In this document: piece by piece, positions 10,148-18,973 of the stretch
How the letters are laid out: each line of letters starts with the position of its first letter
Numbering within the stretch: the stretch's first letter is position 1
Source of the DNA: an uncultured Gemmatimonadota bacterium
GTDB lineage: Bacteria > Gemmatimonadota > Gemmatimonadetes > Palauibacterales > Palauibacteraceae
Assembly (NCBI GenBank): GCA_964613475.1
Contig: CAZTGV010000001.1
Location: 1 to 59,476, forward strand
Direction of reading: 5' to 3'
Length of the DNA stretch: 59,476 nt
Position numbers and translations under genes: made by a program
Notes under the pieces: generated by a model
Databases searched by the model: none
The model's input: the letters and a program-made list of their open reading frames with translations, nothing else
Told to the model about the DNA's origin: nothing

Positions 10148-11344
10148 ATGCTCCACGAAGGGTTCGGCCGGTTCGGCGCGCGCGCGAGGATCCTGGCGCT
10201 GTCCGGGATCCTGGCGTGGACCGGGTGCGACGACTTCGGGCTGAGCGTCGGCGGCGGAGGCGGCCCTCGGGAGCCCACCGAGGCCTCCCCCGCGTTCGTG
10301 CAGATGGGCGCCGGCGGCGCGCACAGCTGCGCCGTGCTCGACGATGGGCGGATCGCCTGCTGGGGCGAGGGCGAGCACGGGCGACTCGGCAACGGCTCCA
10401 CGCAGGACCGCTCCACCCCGGTGGCCGTCCTCGGCGTCACGTCCTACTCCCAGGTGAGCCCCGGCGCCGAGCACACCTGCGCGGTGGCCGACGACGGCCG
10501 CGCGCACTGCTGGGGACGCGGCGCCGATGGGCGGCTCGGCAACGGCTCTCTCCAGGATCGCCTGTCTCCGGAGCCGACCCTGGACGCGCTCACCTTCGTG
10601 CAGGTGAGCGCCGGCGGCCGGCACTCCTGCGGCGTGACCGAGGACGCCGAGGCGTACTGCTGGGGCCGCGGCGCCGAGGGCCAGTTGGGCAACGGCTCGC
10701 TGCAGGACCGGGCGGACCCGGTCCGCGTCCTCGGCACGCAGCGCTGGGCGTCCGTGAGCGCCGGCGACCTCCACAGCTGCGGCATCACCGAGGAAGGGGA
10801 CGCGTACTGCTGGGGTCGCGGCGAGGCGGGCCGGCTCGGCACGGGGAACGACCGCGACGAGGCGGCCCCGGTCGCCGTGCTCGCCGCCACGCGCTTCGGC
10901 GCGATCGCCGCCGGCGGGCGGCACACCTGCGCGGTGGCGGAGGACGGGGCCGCCCATTGCTGGGGCGAGGGCGAGCACGGGCAGCTCGGCAGCGGGTCGA
11001 CGGCCGACCGGCTCCAGCCGGAGTCGGTGCTCGGGCCGCAACGCTTCGTCGGCCTGTCCGCCGGGGCCGAGCACACCTGCGCCGTCACGGAAGACGCCGA
11101 GGCGTACTGCTGGGGCCGCGGCGACGACGGACGCCTCGGCACGGGGAGCGTAGCGAACGTGGCGCAGCCGGAGCGGCTCTCCGGGGGCCAGCGCCTCCGC
11201 GAGATCGCCGCCGGCGACCGCCACTCGTGCGGGATCGACGCGCTGGGCTTCGGGTTCTGCTGGGGCCACGGAGAGTCCGGCCGTCTCGGCATCGGCGGCG
11301 AGGGCTCGACCCCCACCCCGATCCGGGTCGCGGGCCAGAACTGA
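10148..11344 (+). CDS. RCC1/BLIP-II-like 7-bladed beta-propeller protein, probable lipoprotein
   Basis: Seven consecutive 50-aa repeats with consensus SAG..H[ST]C[AG]..D..A.CWG.G..G[RQ]LG.G; N-terminal signal ending in AWTGC; GGAGGAGG upstream. Confidence 0.88.
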   Translation: MLHEGFGRFGARARILALSGILAWTGCDDFGLSVGGGGGPREPTEASPAFVQMGAGGAHSCAVLDDGRIACWGEGEHGRLGNGSTQDRSTPVAVLGVTSYSQVSPGAEHTCAVADDGRAHCWGRGADGRLGNGSLQDRLSPEPTLDALTFVQVSAGGRHSCGVTEDAEAYCWGRGAEGQLGNGSLQDRADPVRVLGTQRWASVSAGDLHSCGITEEGDAYCWGRGEAGRLGTGNDRDEAAPVAVLAATRFGAIAAGGRHTCAVAEDGAAHCWGEGEHGQLGSGSTADRLQPESVLGPQRFVGLSAGAEHTCAVTEDAEAYCWGRGDDGRLGTGSVANVAQPERLSGGQRLREIAAGDRHSCGIDALGFGFCWGHGESGRLGIGGEGSTPTPIRVAGQN

Positions 11345-11387
11345 GCCCGGGCGCCGGCCGGCGGCCGACCCGAGCCGGCGTCCGGCG

Positions 11388-11436
11388 GATCCGCCTGGCC
11401 GATCCCCACCGCGATCCGCCCGGCCGATCCCACCGC
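11388..11436. repeat. Imperfect 25/24-bp tandem duplication, intergenic
   Basis: GATCCGCCTGGCCGATCCCCACCGC directly followed by GATCCGCCCGGCCGATCCCACCGC. Confidence 0.8.
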
Positions 11437-11539
11437 AACGTCCCTCCCCGCCGCGGGTACGCGCTCCTCCCGGGCGGGCGGAGGCGGCCGGAAGCGGCCG
11501 GCCGTCGCTCCCCGCCGCAGCCGAGAGCCGCGGGAGCCC

Positions 11540-13624
11540 ATGAGCCGATCCAGCAACCGACTCGCCGGCGAGAAGAGCCCCTACCTCCTCCAGCACGCCC
11601 ACAACCCGGTGGACTGGTACGCCTGGGGCGACGAGGCCTTCGAGGTGGCCCGCCGGGAGGAGAAGCCGGTCTTCCTCTCCATCGGTTACTCCACCTGCCA
11701 CTGGTGCCACGTGATGGAGCGGGAGTCCTTCGAGGACGAAGAGGTGGCGGCGCTGATGAACGAGGCGTTCGTCTCGGTGAAGGTGGACCGGGAGGAGCGT
11801 CCCGACGTGGACGCCCAGTACATGACCGTCTGCCAGATGCTGACCGGCGGCGGTGGGTGGCCCCTCACCGTGCTCCTCACGCCGGACCGCCAGCCCTTCT
11901 TCGCCGGCACTTACTTCCCGAAGGAGAGCCGCGGCGGCCGCATCGGCATGCTCGACCTGGTGCCGCGTCTTCGTCGCCTGTGGGACGAGCGGCGCGAGGA
12001 CGTGGCGAGCTCGGCGGAGCGGATCGTGGCGGCGCTCCGGGAGGCGGCGGCCGCCGAGCGCGAGGGCGAGCTGGGCGAGGGAACGCTCGAGAACGCGTAC
12101 CGCCTGCTCGAGAGCCGCTACGACGATCTGCAGGGCGGCTTCGGCTCGGCCCCCAAGTTCCCGACGCCGCACAACCTCCTCTTCCTTCTGCGCTGGTGGG
12201 AGCGGACCGGCGAGGAACGGGCCCTCGAGATGGCGACCGAGACGCTCCGCGCCATGCGCCGCGGCGGCATCTACGACCACGTGGGGGGCGGCTTCCACCG
12301 CTATTCGACCGACGCGCGCTGGCTGCTCCCCCACTTCGAGAAGATGCTGTACGACCAGGCGCTCCTCGCGCTCGCCTACATTGAGGCGCACCTGGCCACC
12401 GGGGTGCCGGGGTTCGCCCGCACCGCCCGCGAGGTGCTGGACTACGCGCTGCGCGACCTCCGCGACCCGGGCGGCGGCTTCCACACGGCGGAGGACGCGG
12501 ACAGCGAGGGGCGGGAAGGGGCGTTCTACCTGTGGACGGACGAAGCGCTGCGCGAGGTCCTCGGCCCGGAGGACGCCGAGCTGGTCCGCCAGGTCTACAA
12601 CGTGGAGCGGCGGGGGAACTTCGCCGAGGAGGCGACCGGGCGCCGCACCGGCGAGAACGTCCTCCACCTGCGGAAGCCTCTCTCGTTGTTGGCCGCCGAC
12701 CTGGGCACGGCCGAGGACGCGCTCCGGGAGCGCCTGGAGGCGATTCGGAGCCGGCTGTTCGAGGCCCGCGAGGCACGGCCCCGCCCCCTCAAGGACGACA
12801 AGGTGCTCACCGACTGGAACGGGCTGATGATCGGCGCGCTGGCCGTGGCGGGGCGGGCGCTCGGCGCTCCGGAGTACGCCCGGGCCGCGCGGGAGGCGGC
12901 CGAGTTCCTGCTCGGCACGCTGCGGGACGAGGAGGGCCGGCTGCTCCACCGCTTCCGGGACGGCGAGGCGGCGATCCCCGGCACGGCCGACGACCACGCC
13001 TTCCTCGCCTGGGGGCTCGCCGAGCTGTACCAGACGGAGTTCGAGCCGCGCTGGCTGGTCGAGGCGCGGGCGCTGCTGGAAGCCCTCGAGGCGCGCTTCG
13101 CGGACGAGCGGGCGGGGGGCTACTTCCTCTCGCCGGCGGACGCCACCGACCTCCCGGTCCGCCAGAAGGAGGTGTACGACGGAGCGGTGCCGTCGGGCAA
13201 CTCGGTGGCGTACCTGGCGCTCCTGCGCCTGGCGAGGCTGACGGCGGAGACGGGGCTGGAGGGTCGGGCGGCGCGGCTCGAGAGCGCCTTCGCCGCCGAC
13301 GTGGCGCGCGCGCCCGCCGCCCACACGTTCTTCCTGCTCGGTCTCGACTTCCGGCTCGGCCCGGTGCGCGAGGTGGTGGTGGCGGGCGACCCGGCGGACG
13401 GCCGCACCGAGGCCCTGCTCGGGGCGCTCCGGTCCCGATTCCTGCCGCGCACGGTCGTCCTGCGGAAGGGTCCGGAGGAGGCGGAGCGGCTGGCGGAGGT
13501 GGCGCCCTTCACCCGCGGGCACCGACCGCTCGACGGCCGCCCGGCCGCCTACGTGTGCGAGGCGTTCACCTGCCGGAGGCCGGTGAGCGAGGTCGAGGCG
13601 ATGCTGGCCGGCCTCGACGCCTAG
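11540..13624 (+). CDS. Thioredoxin-domain protein YyaL/SSP411 (DUF255 + (alpha/alpha)6 barrel)
   Basis: [68 protein letters not shown]. Confidence 0.95.
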   Translation: MSRSSNRLAGEKSPYLLQHAHNPVDWYAWGDEAFEVARREEKPVFLSIGYSTCHWCHVMERESFEDEEVAALMNEAFVSVKVDREERPDVDAQYMTVCQMLTGGGGWPLTVLLTPDRQPFFAGTYFPKESRGGRIGMLDLVPRLRRLWDERREDVASSAERIVAALREAAAAEREGELGEGTLENAYRLLESRYDDLQGGFGSAPKFPTPHNLLFLLRWWERTGEERALEMATETLRAMRRGGIYDHVGGGFHRYSTDARWLLPHFEKMLYDQALLALAYIEAHLATGVPGFARTAREVLDYALRDLRDPGGGFHTAEDADSEGREGAFYLWTDEALREVLGPEDAELVRQVYNVERRGNFAEEATGRRTGENVLHLRKPLSLLAADLGTAEDALRERLEAIRSRLFEAREARPRPLKDDKVLTDWNGLMIGALAVAGRALGAPEYARAAREAAEFLLGTLRDEEGRLLHRFRDGEAAIPGTADDHAFLAWGLAELYQTEFEPRWLVEARALLEALEARFADERAGGYFLSPADATDLPVRQKEVYDGAVPSGNSVAYLALLRLARLTAETGLEGRAARLESAFAADVARAPAAHTFFLLGLDFRLGPVREVVVAGDPADGRTEALLGALRSRFLPRTVVLRKGPEEAERLAEVAPFTRGHRPLDGRPAAYVCEAFTCRRPVSEVEAMLAGLDA

Positions 13625-13678
13625 CGGCGGGCTCCCGGCACGGCTCGTCCCCGGTCCGCGGCCTCTTCGCGCGGCCCC

Positions 13679-15010
13679 TCAGGGCGCGTAGAGGATCCTC
13701 CAGATGCGGCCGCCCTGGTCATCGGCCACGTAGAGGGAGCCGTCGGGTCCCACGGCGAGGCCGGACGGCCGGTGGGCGGCCTCGCGGGGGTCCACCCGCT
13801 CGCCGGCGAAGCCGTCGGCGAACACCTCCCACTCCCCCGCGGGCTCGCCCCCCTCGAACGGTTGGAAGGTCACCTTGTACCCGCCCTGCGGGAGCGGCGC
13901 GCGGTTCCACGAGCCGTGCCAGGCGATGAACGTGCCGTTCCGGTACCGCTCGGGGAACATCGCGCCGTCGTAGAACAGGAGGTCGTTCGGCGCCCAGTGC
14001 GCCGGGTAGGCGACCTCCGGCTCCTTCACGTCCGCGCACCGGCCCACTTCGCGGCCATTTCCACCATACTCGGGCGCCAGCACCTTGTGGCCGAGCTCCG
14101 CGTCGTGGTAGCAGTAGGGCCAGCCGAAATCGTCGCCCTCGCGGAGGCGGACGAACTCCTCGGACGGCTTCTCGGCGCGCTGCTCCGTGGTGAAGCGCTC
14201 CGGCCACAGCTCGTCCAGCTGGTCGCGCCCGTGCTGCGCGCCCCACAGCTCGCCCGTCCCGGGATGCACGGCCAGGGCGAAGGTGTTCCGCAGCCCGGTC
14301 GCGAAGCGGCGTCCGTCCTCCTGTCGCTGGCCGGTCCGCCCGGCCTCGAAGACCCAGACGCCCCCGCTGTCCTCGAGCTGCGGGCAGGGATCCCGGCCCG
14401 GCGAGCCCGCGGTCCGGGGCTCTTCCTGGCAGGCGTTGGAGGGCGCCCCGACGTTCATGAAGGCGCGCCCATCGGGGCCCAGGGTCGCGTTCTTCGCGGC
14501 GTGCCCCCGGCCCGGCCCCGGCAGATCGGCCACGATCGTGTCCGGGGGGCCGACCGGCTCCAGGCGGCCCTCCTCCCAGCCGTAACGGAGCAGGCCCCAA
14601 TCCGGCGCGAACCACACGGCGCCGTCGTGGAAGGCCATCCCGGTTCCCCCGTCGTCCGAGAAGCGGACGCGGACGTCGGCGCGTCCGTCCCCCGTGGTGT
14701 CCCGGAGCGCCAGCGCGCCCCCCGGGGATTCGCGTCCGCCGCGCAGAGCCACGTACAGGTCGCCGTTCGGGGCGACCGCCAGGTGCCGGGCCGCGCCGAC
14801 CTCGTCGGCGACCACCAAGGCGCAGAAGCCGTCCGGCAGTGTCAGGCCGCCGTCGTCGGGGTCGCAGGCCGGCGCCTCGGCGCCGGCGCGCCCGGCGTCT
14901 CCGTCCTGCCGCTCGAGGCTCTCGGCGCCGCCGCACCCGAGCAGGAGCAGGCCGATCGCGGCGGAGGCGAAGGGGATGAGGGGTCGGTCGAGCCGAAGGT
15001 GTCCGTTCAT
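13679..15010 (-). CDS. PQQ-dependent sugar/sorbosone dehydrogenase family lipoprotein (6-bladed propeller)
   Basis: Lipobox LLLGC, ATGLRN, DFGWPYCY, AHWAPNDLLFY, HGSWNR, RPSGLAVGPDGSLYVADD. Confidence 0.88.
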   Translation of the reverse strand: MNGHLRLDRPLIPFASAAIGLLLLGCGGAESLERQDGDAGRAGAEAPACDPDDGGLTLPDGFCALVVADEVGAARHLAVAPNGDLYVALRGGRESPGGALALRDTTGDGRADVRVRFSDDGGTGMAFHDGAVWFAPDWGLLRYGWEEGRLEPVGPPDTIVADLPGPGRGHAAKNATLGPDGRAFMNVGAPSNACQEEPRTAGSPGRDPCPQLEDSGGVWVFEAGRTGQRQEDGRRFATGLRNTFALAVHPGTGELWGAQHGRDQLDELWPERFTTEQRAEKPSEEFVRLREGDDFGWPYCYHDAELGHKVLAPEYGGNGREVGRCADVKEPEVAYPAHWAPNDLLFYDGAMFPERYRNGTFIAWHGSWNRAPLPQGGYKVTFQPFEGGEPAGEWEVFADGFAGERVDPREAAHRPSGLAVGPDGSLYVADDQGGRIWRILYAP

Positions 15011-15176
15011 GGGTTGGTCTCCTGCCTCCTTCGATGTCGGCGTGGGGACGCGGCGGGTCGGTCGGCGGCGGCTCCCGGGCCGTCATGTCGTCTCGTTCGG
15101 GGCGTGGAACTTGCCCTGTGAGGTTCGCGCCCGTCAAGCGGACGGGCCGCCGGACGGGACCTGCCGGACCGGACGT

Positions 15177-15191
15177 TGGCATTTCCCTTGC
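15177..15191 (+). promoter_or_regulatory. Putative sigma54 (RpoN) -24/-12 promoter
   Basis: TGGCATTTCCCTTGC matches TGGCAC-N5-TTGC with the exact GG-N10-GC spacing, about 115 nt upstream of ATG15307. Confidence 0.7.
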
Positions 15192-15306
15192 GAAACTGGC
15201 CTACGTCGGGGCCGGCTCGTCAGCCGGTCACAGGCTGAAAAGCCAACGACTTCGCGAGCGTCGGGCCGCCGGCCCGGGGCCTGAACAGACACGAGGGAGG
15301 AGCGAC

Positions 15307-15972
15307 ATGAGAGCGCGCAGGACTACGATGCTGGCGCTCGTACCCATGCTGAGCATCGCCCTGATCGGCTGTCCCGCTCCCGAGGAGCGAGAGGATGTCG
15401 AGACCACGGCCGAGGAGACGTGGGAGGACGTCACTCCCACGGACGAGGGGGCGACGTTCAGCCTCGATGCCATGCGGGACAGCGGCGTCGAGGGCGACGT
15501 CCAGCTGACGGGGACGGCGCAGCAGATGACCGTCGCCATCACGTTGGACGAGGCGCCGGCCCAGCAGCAGTACACGGCCGTCCTGCACACGGGGACGTGC
15601 GACCGGCCCGGCCAGATAGTGCGGGAGCTGAGTACCGTAACGGCTCCTGCCGATGACGGCGGCTTCATGGACGAGGGCGCGGACGCCACGACCACGGACG
15701 ATCCGGCCACGACCGAGGACCCCGCCGCGACGGAGCAGCAGCAGGGCATCCGTGACGGCACCATGCAGGCCGACACCGCCCGGACGACCGTCTCCGGTCA
15801 GGATCTCCAACCGGGTCAGCAGTACGTCATCGTGCTCCACGGCATGGACCAGCAGAGCGTGGCGTGCGGCGAGTTCCCGGATGACTGGCAGGAGCAGGTC
15901 AGAAGCGATGAGGGCATGACCGGCATGCAGGATCGCGGTACGACCGGTCAGGACCCGACCACGACCGGCTGA
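15307..15972 (+). CDS. Hypothetical acidic lipoprotein with Cu/Zn-SOD-like (CHRD-like) beta-sandwich remnants
   Basis: RBS GAGGGAGG, lipobox LIGC, motifs LHTGTC, VIVLH and VACG; Thr/Asp/Glu/Gln-rich insert and tail. Confidence 0.75.
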   Translation: MRARRTTMLALVPMLSIALIGCPAPEEREDVETTAEETWEDVTPTDEGATFSLDAMRDSGVEGDVQLTGTAQQMTVAITLDEAPAQQQYTAVLHTGTCDRPGQIVRELSTVTAPADDGGFMDEGADATTTDDPATTEDPAATEQQQGIRDGTMQADTARTTVSGQDLQPGQQYVIVLHGMDQQSVACGEFPDDWQEQVRSDEGMTGMQDRGTTGQDPTTTG

Positions 15973-16005
15973 CCGCGACCACCCTCCCGGTGGCCCAGAA
16001 AGCGG

Positions 16006-16221
16006 GCGCCGGAGAGGTCCGAACTCAGCGAGCGGCCCGAGGCGCCGGAGCACCCGGTGCCCGGGCCGTTCGTCTTGCGGGTCGCCTTTGAAGCCCCGAC
16101 GGCCGTTTCTCCTAGCCGTCGCCCTCGTCGCCCGACCGAACGCGGCGCGGGCCGTCGGGTCCTGCGGCGCGACCGCCGCCGCTTGCTCCGCGCGCCGCGA
16201 ACGGCCAACCTCTCCGAGCGC
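16006..16221. other. Nested inverted-repeat (foldback) structure in a 330-bp intergenic region
   Basis: Nested stems: 16006-16018/16208-16221 (13 bp, one bulge), 16064-16072/16198-16206 (9 bp), 16077-16085/16169-16176 (8 bp, one bulge), 16095-16104/16150-16159 (10 bp). Confidence 0.5.
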
Positions 16222-16303
16222 GCGTGTCGCCGCGGACGCTCCGGGCGAGGGGCGGTCCGTCCGGCGGTCTCGCGGAAGGACGGTCCCCGAACCCGGAGTG
16301 CTG

Positions 16304-18973
16304 ATGCAGAGCGCCCCCCCGGAGCCACCCTCCCGCGCGCCCCGCGCGCTCGCCCTCGGACTCGCGCTGTCGCTCGCTTCGGCGCTCCCGCTCGCCTCGC
16401 AGGAGCCCGGCCCGCCGGTCACCTCCGCCGAGGTGCCGACCCCGAGCTCGCACCTCGGCTGGGAGCCGGGGGCGGATCACAGGCTGGCGGACTACGGCGA
16501 GATTCTGAGCTACTTCGAGGCCCTGGACGCGGCCAGCGACCGCCTGCGGCTGGAGCGGATCGGGGAGACGGCCCAGGGGCGCCCGATGGTGCTGGCGATC
16601 GTGTCCAGCGAGGAGAACCTCCGCTCGCTGGACCAATGGCGGGAGATCGCGCGACGGCTGGCGCTGGGAGCGGATGCCGACAGCGCCACCGCCCGCCGCC
16701 TGGCCCGTGAAGGCCGGACCGTGCTCTGGATCGACGGCGGCCTCCACTCGACCGAGGTGGCCGGCGCCCAGTTCATGCCGACCTTCGCCTACCGCATGGT
16801 GACCGACGAGACGGAAGAGGCGCGTCGGATCCGGGACGAGGTCGTGCTCCTCATCATGCCGGTCATGAACCCCGACGGGCTGGACATGGTGACCGAGTGG
16901 TACCGCGAGCAGCTCGGCACGCCCTTCGAGACCGCCTCGCTCCCGCGCCTCTACCACGAGTACGTGGGGCACGACAACAACCGGGACTGGTTCATGCTGC
17001 TGATGCCGGAGTCGCGGGCGGTGGCGCGGCAGCTCTGGCACGTCTGGCATCCGCAGATCGTCGTCAACCACCATCAGACCGGCACGCTTTCCCCGGGGCG
17101 CATGTTCATCCCGCCGTTCGCCGACCCGGTGAACCCGCGGATCCCTCCGCTCGTGGTGGCCGCCAACAACTTCCTCGGGGCGGCCATGATGCGCCGCTTC
17201 ATCGAGGAGGGGAAGCCGGGGGTGATCTCGCGCCACCGCTTCTCGCAGTGGTGGAACGGCGGGATGCGGACGGCCCCCTATTTCCACAACCAGGTGGGGA
17301 TCCTCACCGAGGTGGCGGTCGACCATTACGCGACCCCGCGGTTCCACGACCCCGACTCGCTCCCCGCGATGCACAGCAGCGGGATCCCCGGCGACCGCCC
17401 GAGCACCTGGTACCCGCTTCCCTGGGAGGGGGGCTGGTGGCGCCTGGCGGACCAGACGCAGTACATGCTGACCGCCTCCTTCGCGGTGGCGGACCAGGCG
17501 GCCCGGCTCCGGGAGTCCTGGCTGATGGGCACGTGGCGGATGGCCCGACAGGCGATCGAGGCGGGCCGGGTCGGCTCCCCGTTCGCCTACGTGGTGGATC
17601 CCGGCGCCCAGCACGACCCGGGGGCGGCGCTCGAGATGCTGGAGACGCTGCGCCGGGGCGGGGTGGAGGTGCTGCGCGCCACCGGGCCCTTCGGCGCCGG
17701 CGAGCGGCGATGGCCGGCCGGCGCGTACGTGGTGCCCGCCGCGCAGCCGTACCGCGCGGCCGCGCTCGACTTGCTGGAGCCGCAGGCGCACCCCGACCGG
17801 CGGCTCTATCCGGACGGGCCGCCCGACCCGCCGTACGATCTGGCCGGGTGGACGCTCCCGATCCAGATGGGGGTGGAGCCGGCCCGGATCGAGGAGCCGT
17901 TCGAGCTGGACGCGGAGCGGGTCGCCGGCACCGAGCTGCCGCGCGGGGGGGGCGAGGTGCGGGGGGAGGGCCCCGCCTACCTGCTCGATCCGAGCGCGAA
18001 CGACGCGATCCGCGCGGTGAACCGGCTGCTGGCGGACGCCGCGGAGGCGGCCACCGACGCCACCGTCGCGGTCGGCCGGGCTCCGGAGGCCTTCCAGGCG
18101 CGGGGACGACGGTGGCCGGCCGGCACCTTCGTGGTGCGGGCGGGCCGCGCGCGCCTGGAAGGGCTGGCGGCCGGGCTCGGCCTGGGCTTCGTCGGCGTCG
18201 GCGAGGGGCCGGCCGGGGTCCGGCCGCTCAGACGCCCGCGGATCGGCCTCTACCGGAGCTGGGTCGCCAACATGGATGAGGGGTGGACGCGGTGGCTGCT
18301 CGAGCGCTACGGGTTCGCCTTCGAGACCCTGCACGACCGTGACATCCGGGAGGGCGACCTGTCGCGCTTCGACGCGATCGTCCTGCCCGACCAATCGGCC
18401 GACCGGATCCTCAACGGCCACGCCCCGGGCACCATGCCGGAGCCGTACGTGGGCGGGCTGGGCGCGGAGGGGGCGGCCCGGCTCGCCCGGTTCGTCCGGG
18501 ACGGCGGCCTGCTCCTCGCCCTGGACGGGGCGGCGGACTTCGCGATCCGGCAGCTCGGCCTGCCGCTCCGGAACGCGGTCGGCGACCTGGAGGAGGAGGA
18601 GTTCTTCATCCCCGGCAGCCTGCTGCGTCTCTCGGTGGACCCGGAACATCCGGTCGCGTGGGGGATGCGGGAGGAGGCGGCGGCCTTCTTCGTGCGCAGC
18701 CGGGCGTTCCGCACGATCGATCCCGCCGCGGTGGGCGAGCGGCGCGCGCCGCGCGAGGTCGAGGTCGTCGCGCGCTACGCGGAGGAGGACCCGCTGCTGA
18801 GCGGGTGGGAACTCGGGGCGGAGCGGCACCTCGGCGGGCGGGCCGCCGTGGTCCGCGTTCCGCTCGGCGAGGGCAACGTCGTCCTGGTCGGGTTCCGGCC
18901 CCAGTTCCGCGCGCAGCCCGCCGGCACCTTCAAGCTCCTGTTCAATCCGCTGCTGGCGGCCGGTCTCCGGTGA
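16304..18973 (+). CDS. Secreted M14-family zinc carboxypeptidase with C-terminal glutamine-amidotransferase-like domain
   Basis: Signal peptide, WIDGGLHSTE (HxxE), MNPDG, GHDNNRDWF, NHHQ; C-terminal MDEGWTRWLLE..FDAIVLPDQ..FV.DGG. Confidence 0.88.
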   Translation: MQSAPPEPPSRAPRALALGLALSLASALPLASQEPGPPVTSAEVPTPSSHLGWEPGADHRLADYGEILSYFEALDAASDRLRLERIGETAQGRPMVLAIVSSEENLRSLDQWREIARRLALGADADSATARRLAREGRTVLWIDGGLHSTEVAGAQFMPTFAYRMVTDETEEARRIRDEVVLLIMPVMNPDGLDMVTEWYREQLGTPFETASLPRLYHEYVGHDNNRDWFMLLMPESRAVARQLWHVWHPQIVVNHHQTGTLSPGRMFIPPFADPVNPRIPPLVVAANNFLGAAMMRRFIEEGKPGVISRHRFSQWWNGGMRTAPYFHNQVGILTEVAVDHYATPRFHDPDSLPAMHSSGIPGDRPSTWYPLPWEGGWWRLADQTQYMLTASFAVADQAARLRESWLMGTWRMARQAIEAGRVGSPFAYVVDPGAQHDPGAALEMLETLRRGGVEVLRATGPFGAGERRWPAGAYVVPAAQPYRAAALDLLEPQAHPDRRLYPDGPPDPPYDLAGWTLPIQMGVEPARIEEPFELDAERVAGTELPRGGGEVRGEGPAYLLDPSANDAIRAVNRLLADAAEAATDATVAVGRAPEAFQARGRRWPAGTFVVRAGRARLEGLAAGLGLGFVGVGEGPAGVRPLRRPRIGLYRSWVANMDEGWTRWLLERYGFAFETLHDRDIREGDLSRFDAIVLPDQSADRILNGHAPGTMPEPYVGGLGAEGAARLARFVRDGGLLLALDGAADFAIRQLGLPLRNAVGDLEEEEFFIPGSLLRLSVDPEHPVAWGMREEAAAFFVRSRAFRTIDPAAVGERRAPREVEVVARYAEEDPLLSGWELGAERHLGGRAAVVRVPLGEGNVVLVGFRPQFRAQPAGTFKLLFNPLLAAGLR

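Noticed and set aside
8744-13522. 1592-aa minus-strand ORF, and similar long shadows at 18775..22629, 26717..29875 and 35403..39212
   Set aside because: Antisense to well-supported genes, Arg/Pro/Gly-rich and motif-free; expected artefact of very high GC and codon bias.
15200-15300. c-di-GMP-I riboswitch suggested by the GGCT-GAAA-AGCC hairpin
   Set aside because: The GGCAAA / GACGCAAAGC core is absent.
16006-16221. Calling the foldback a 6S RNA or glycine riboswitch (GGAGAG..CCGAA..ACTCAG resemblance)
   Set aside because: No symmetric central bubble as in 6S; the glycine aptamer core (CCGAAG..CTCTCAGG) is incomplete. Kept only as an unassigned structure.
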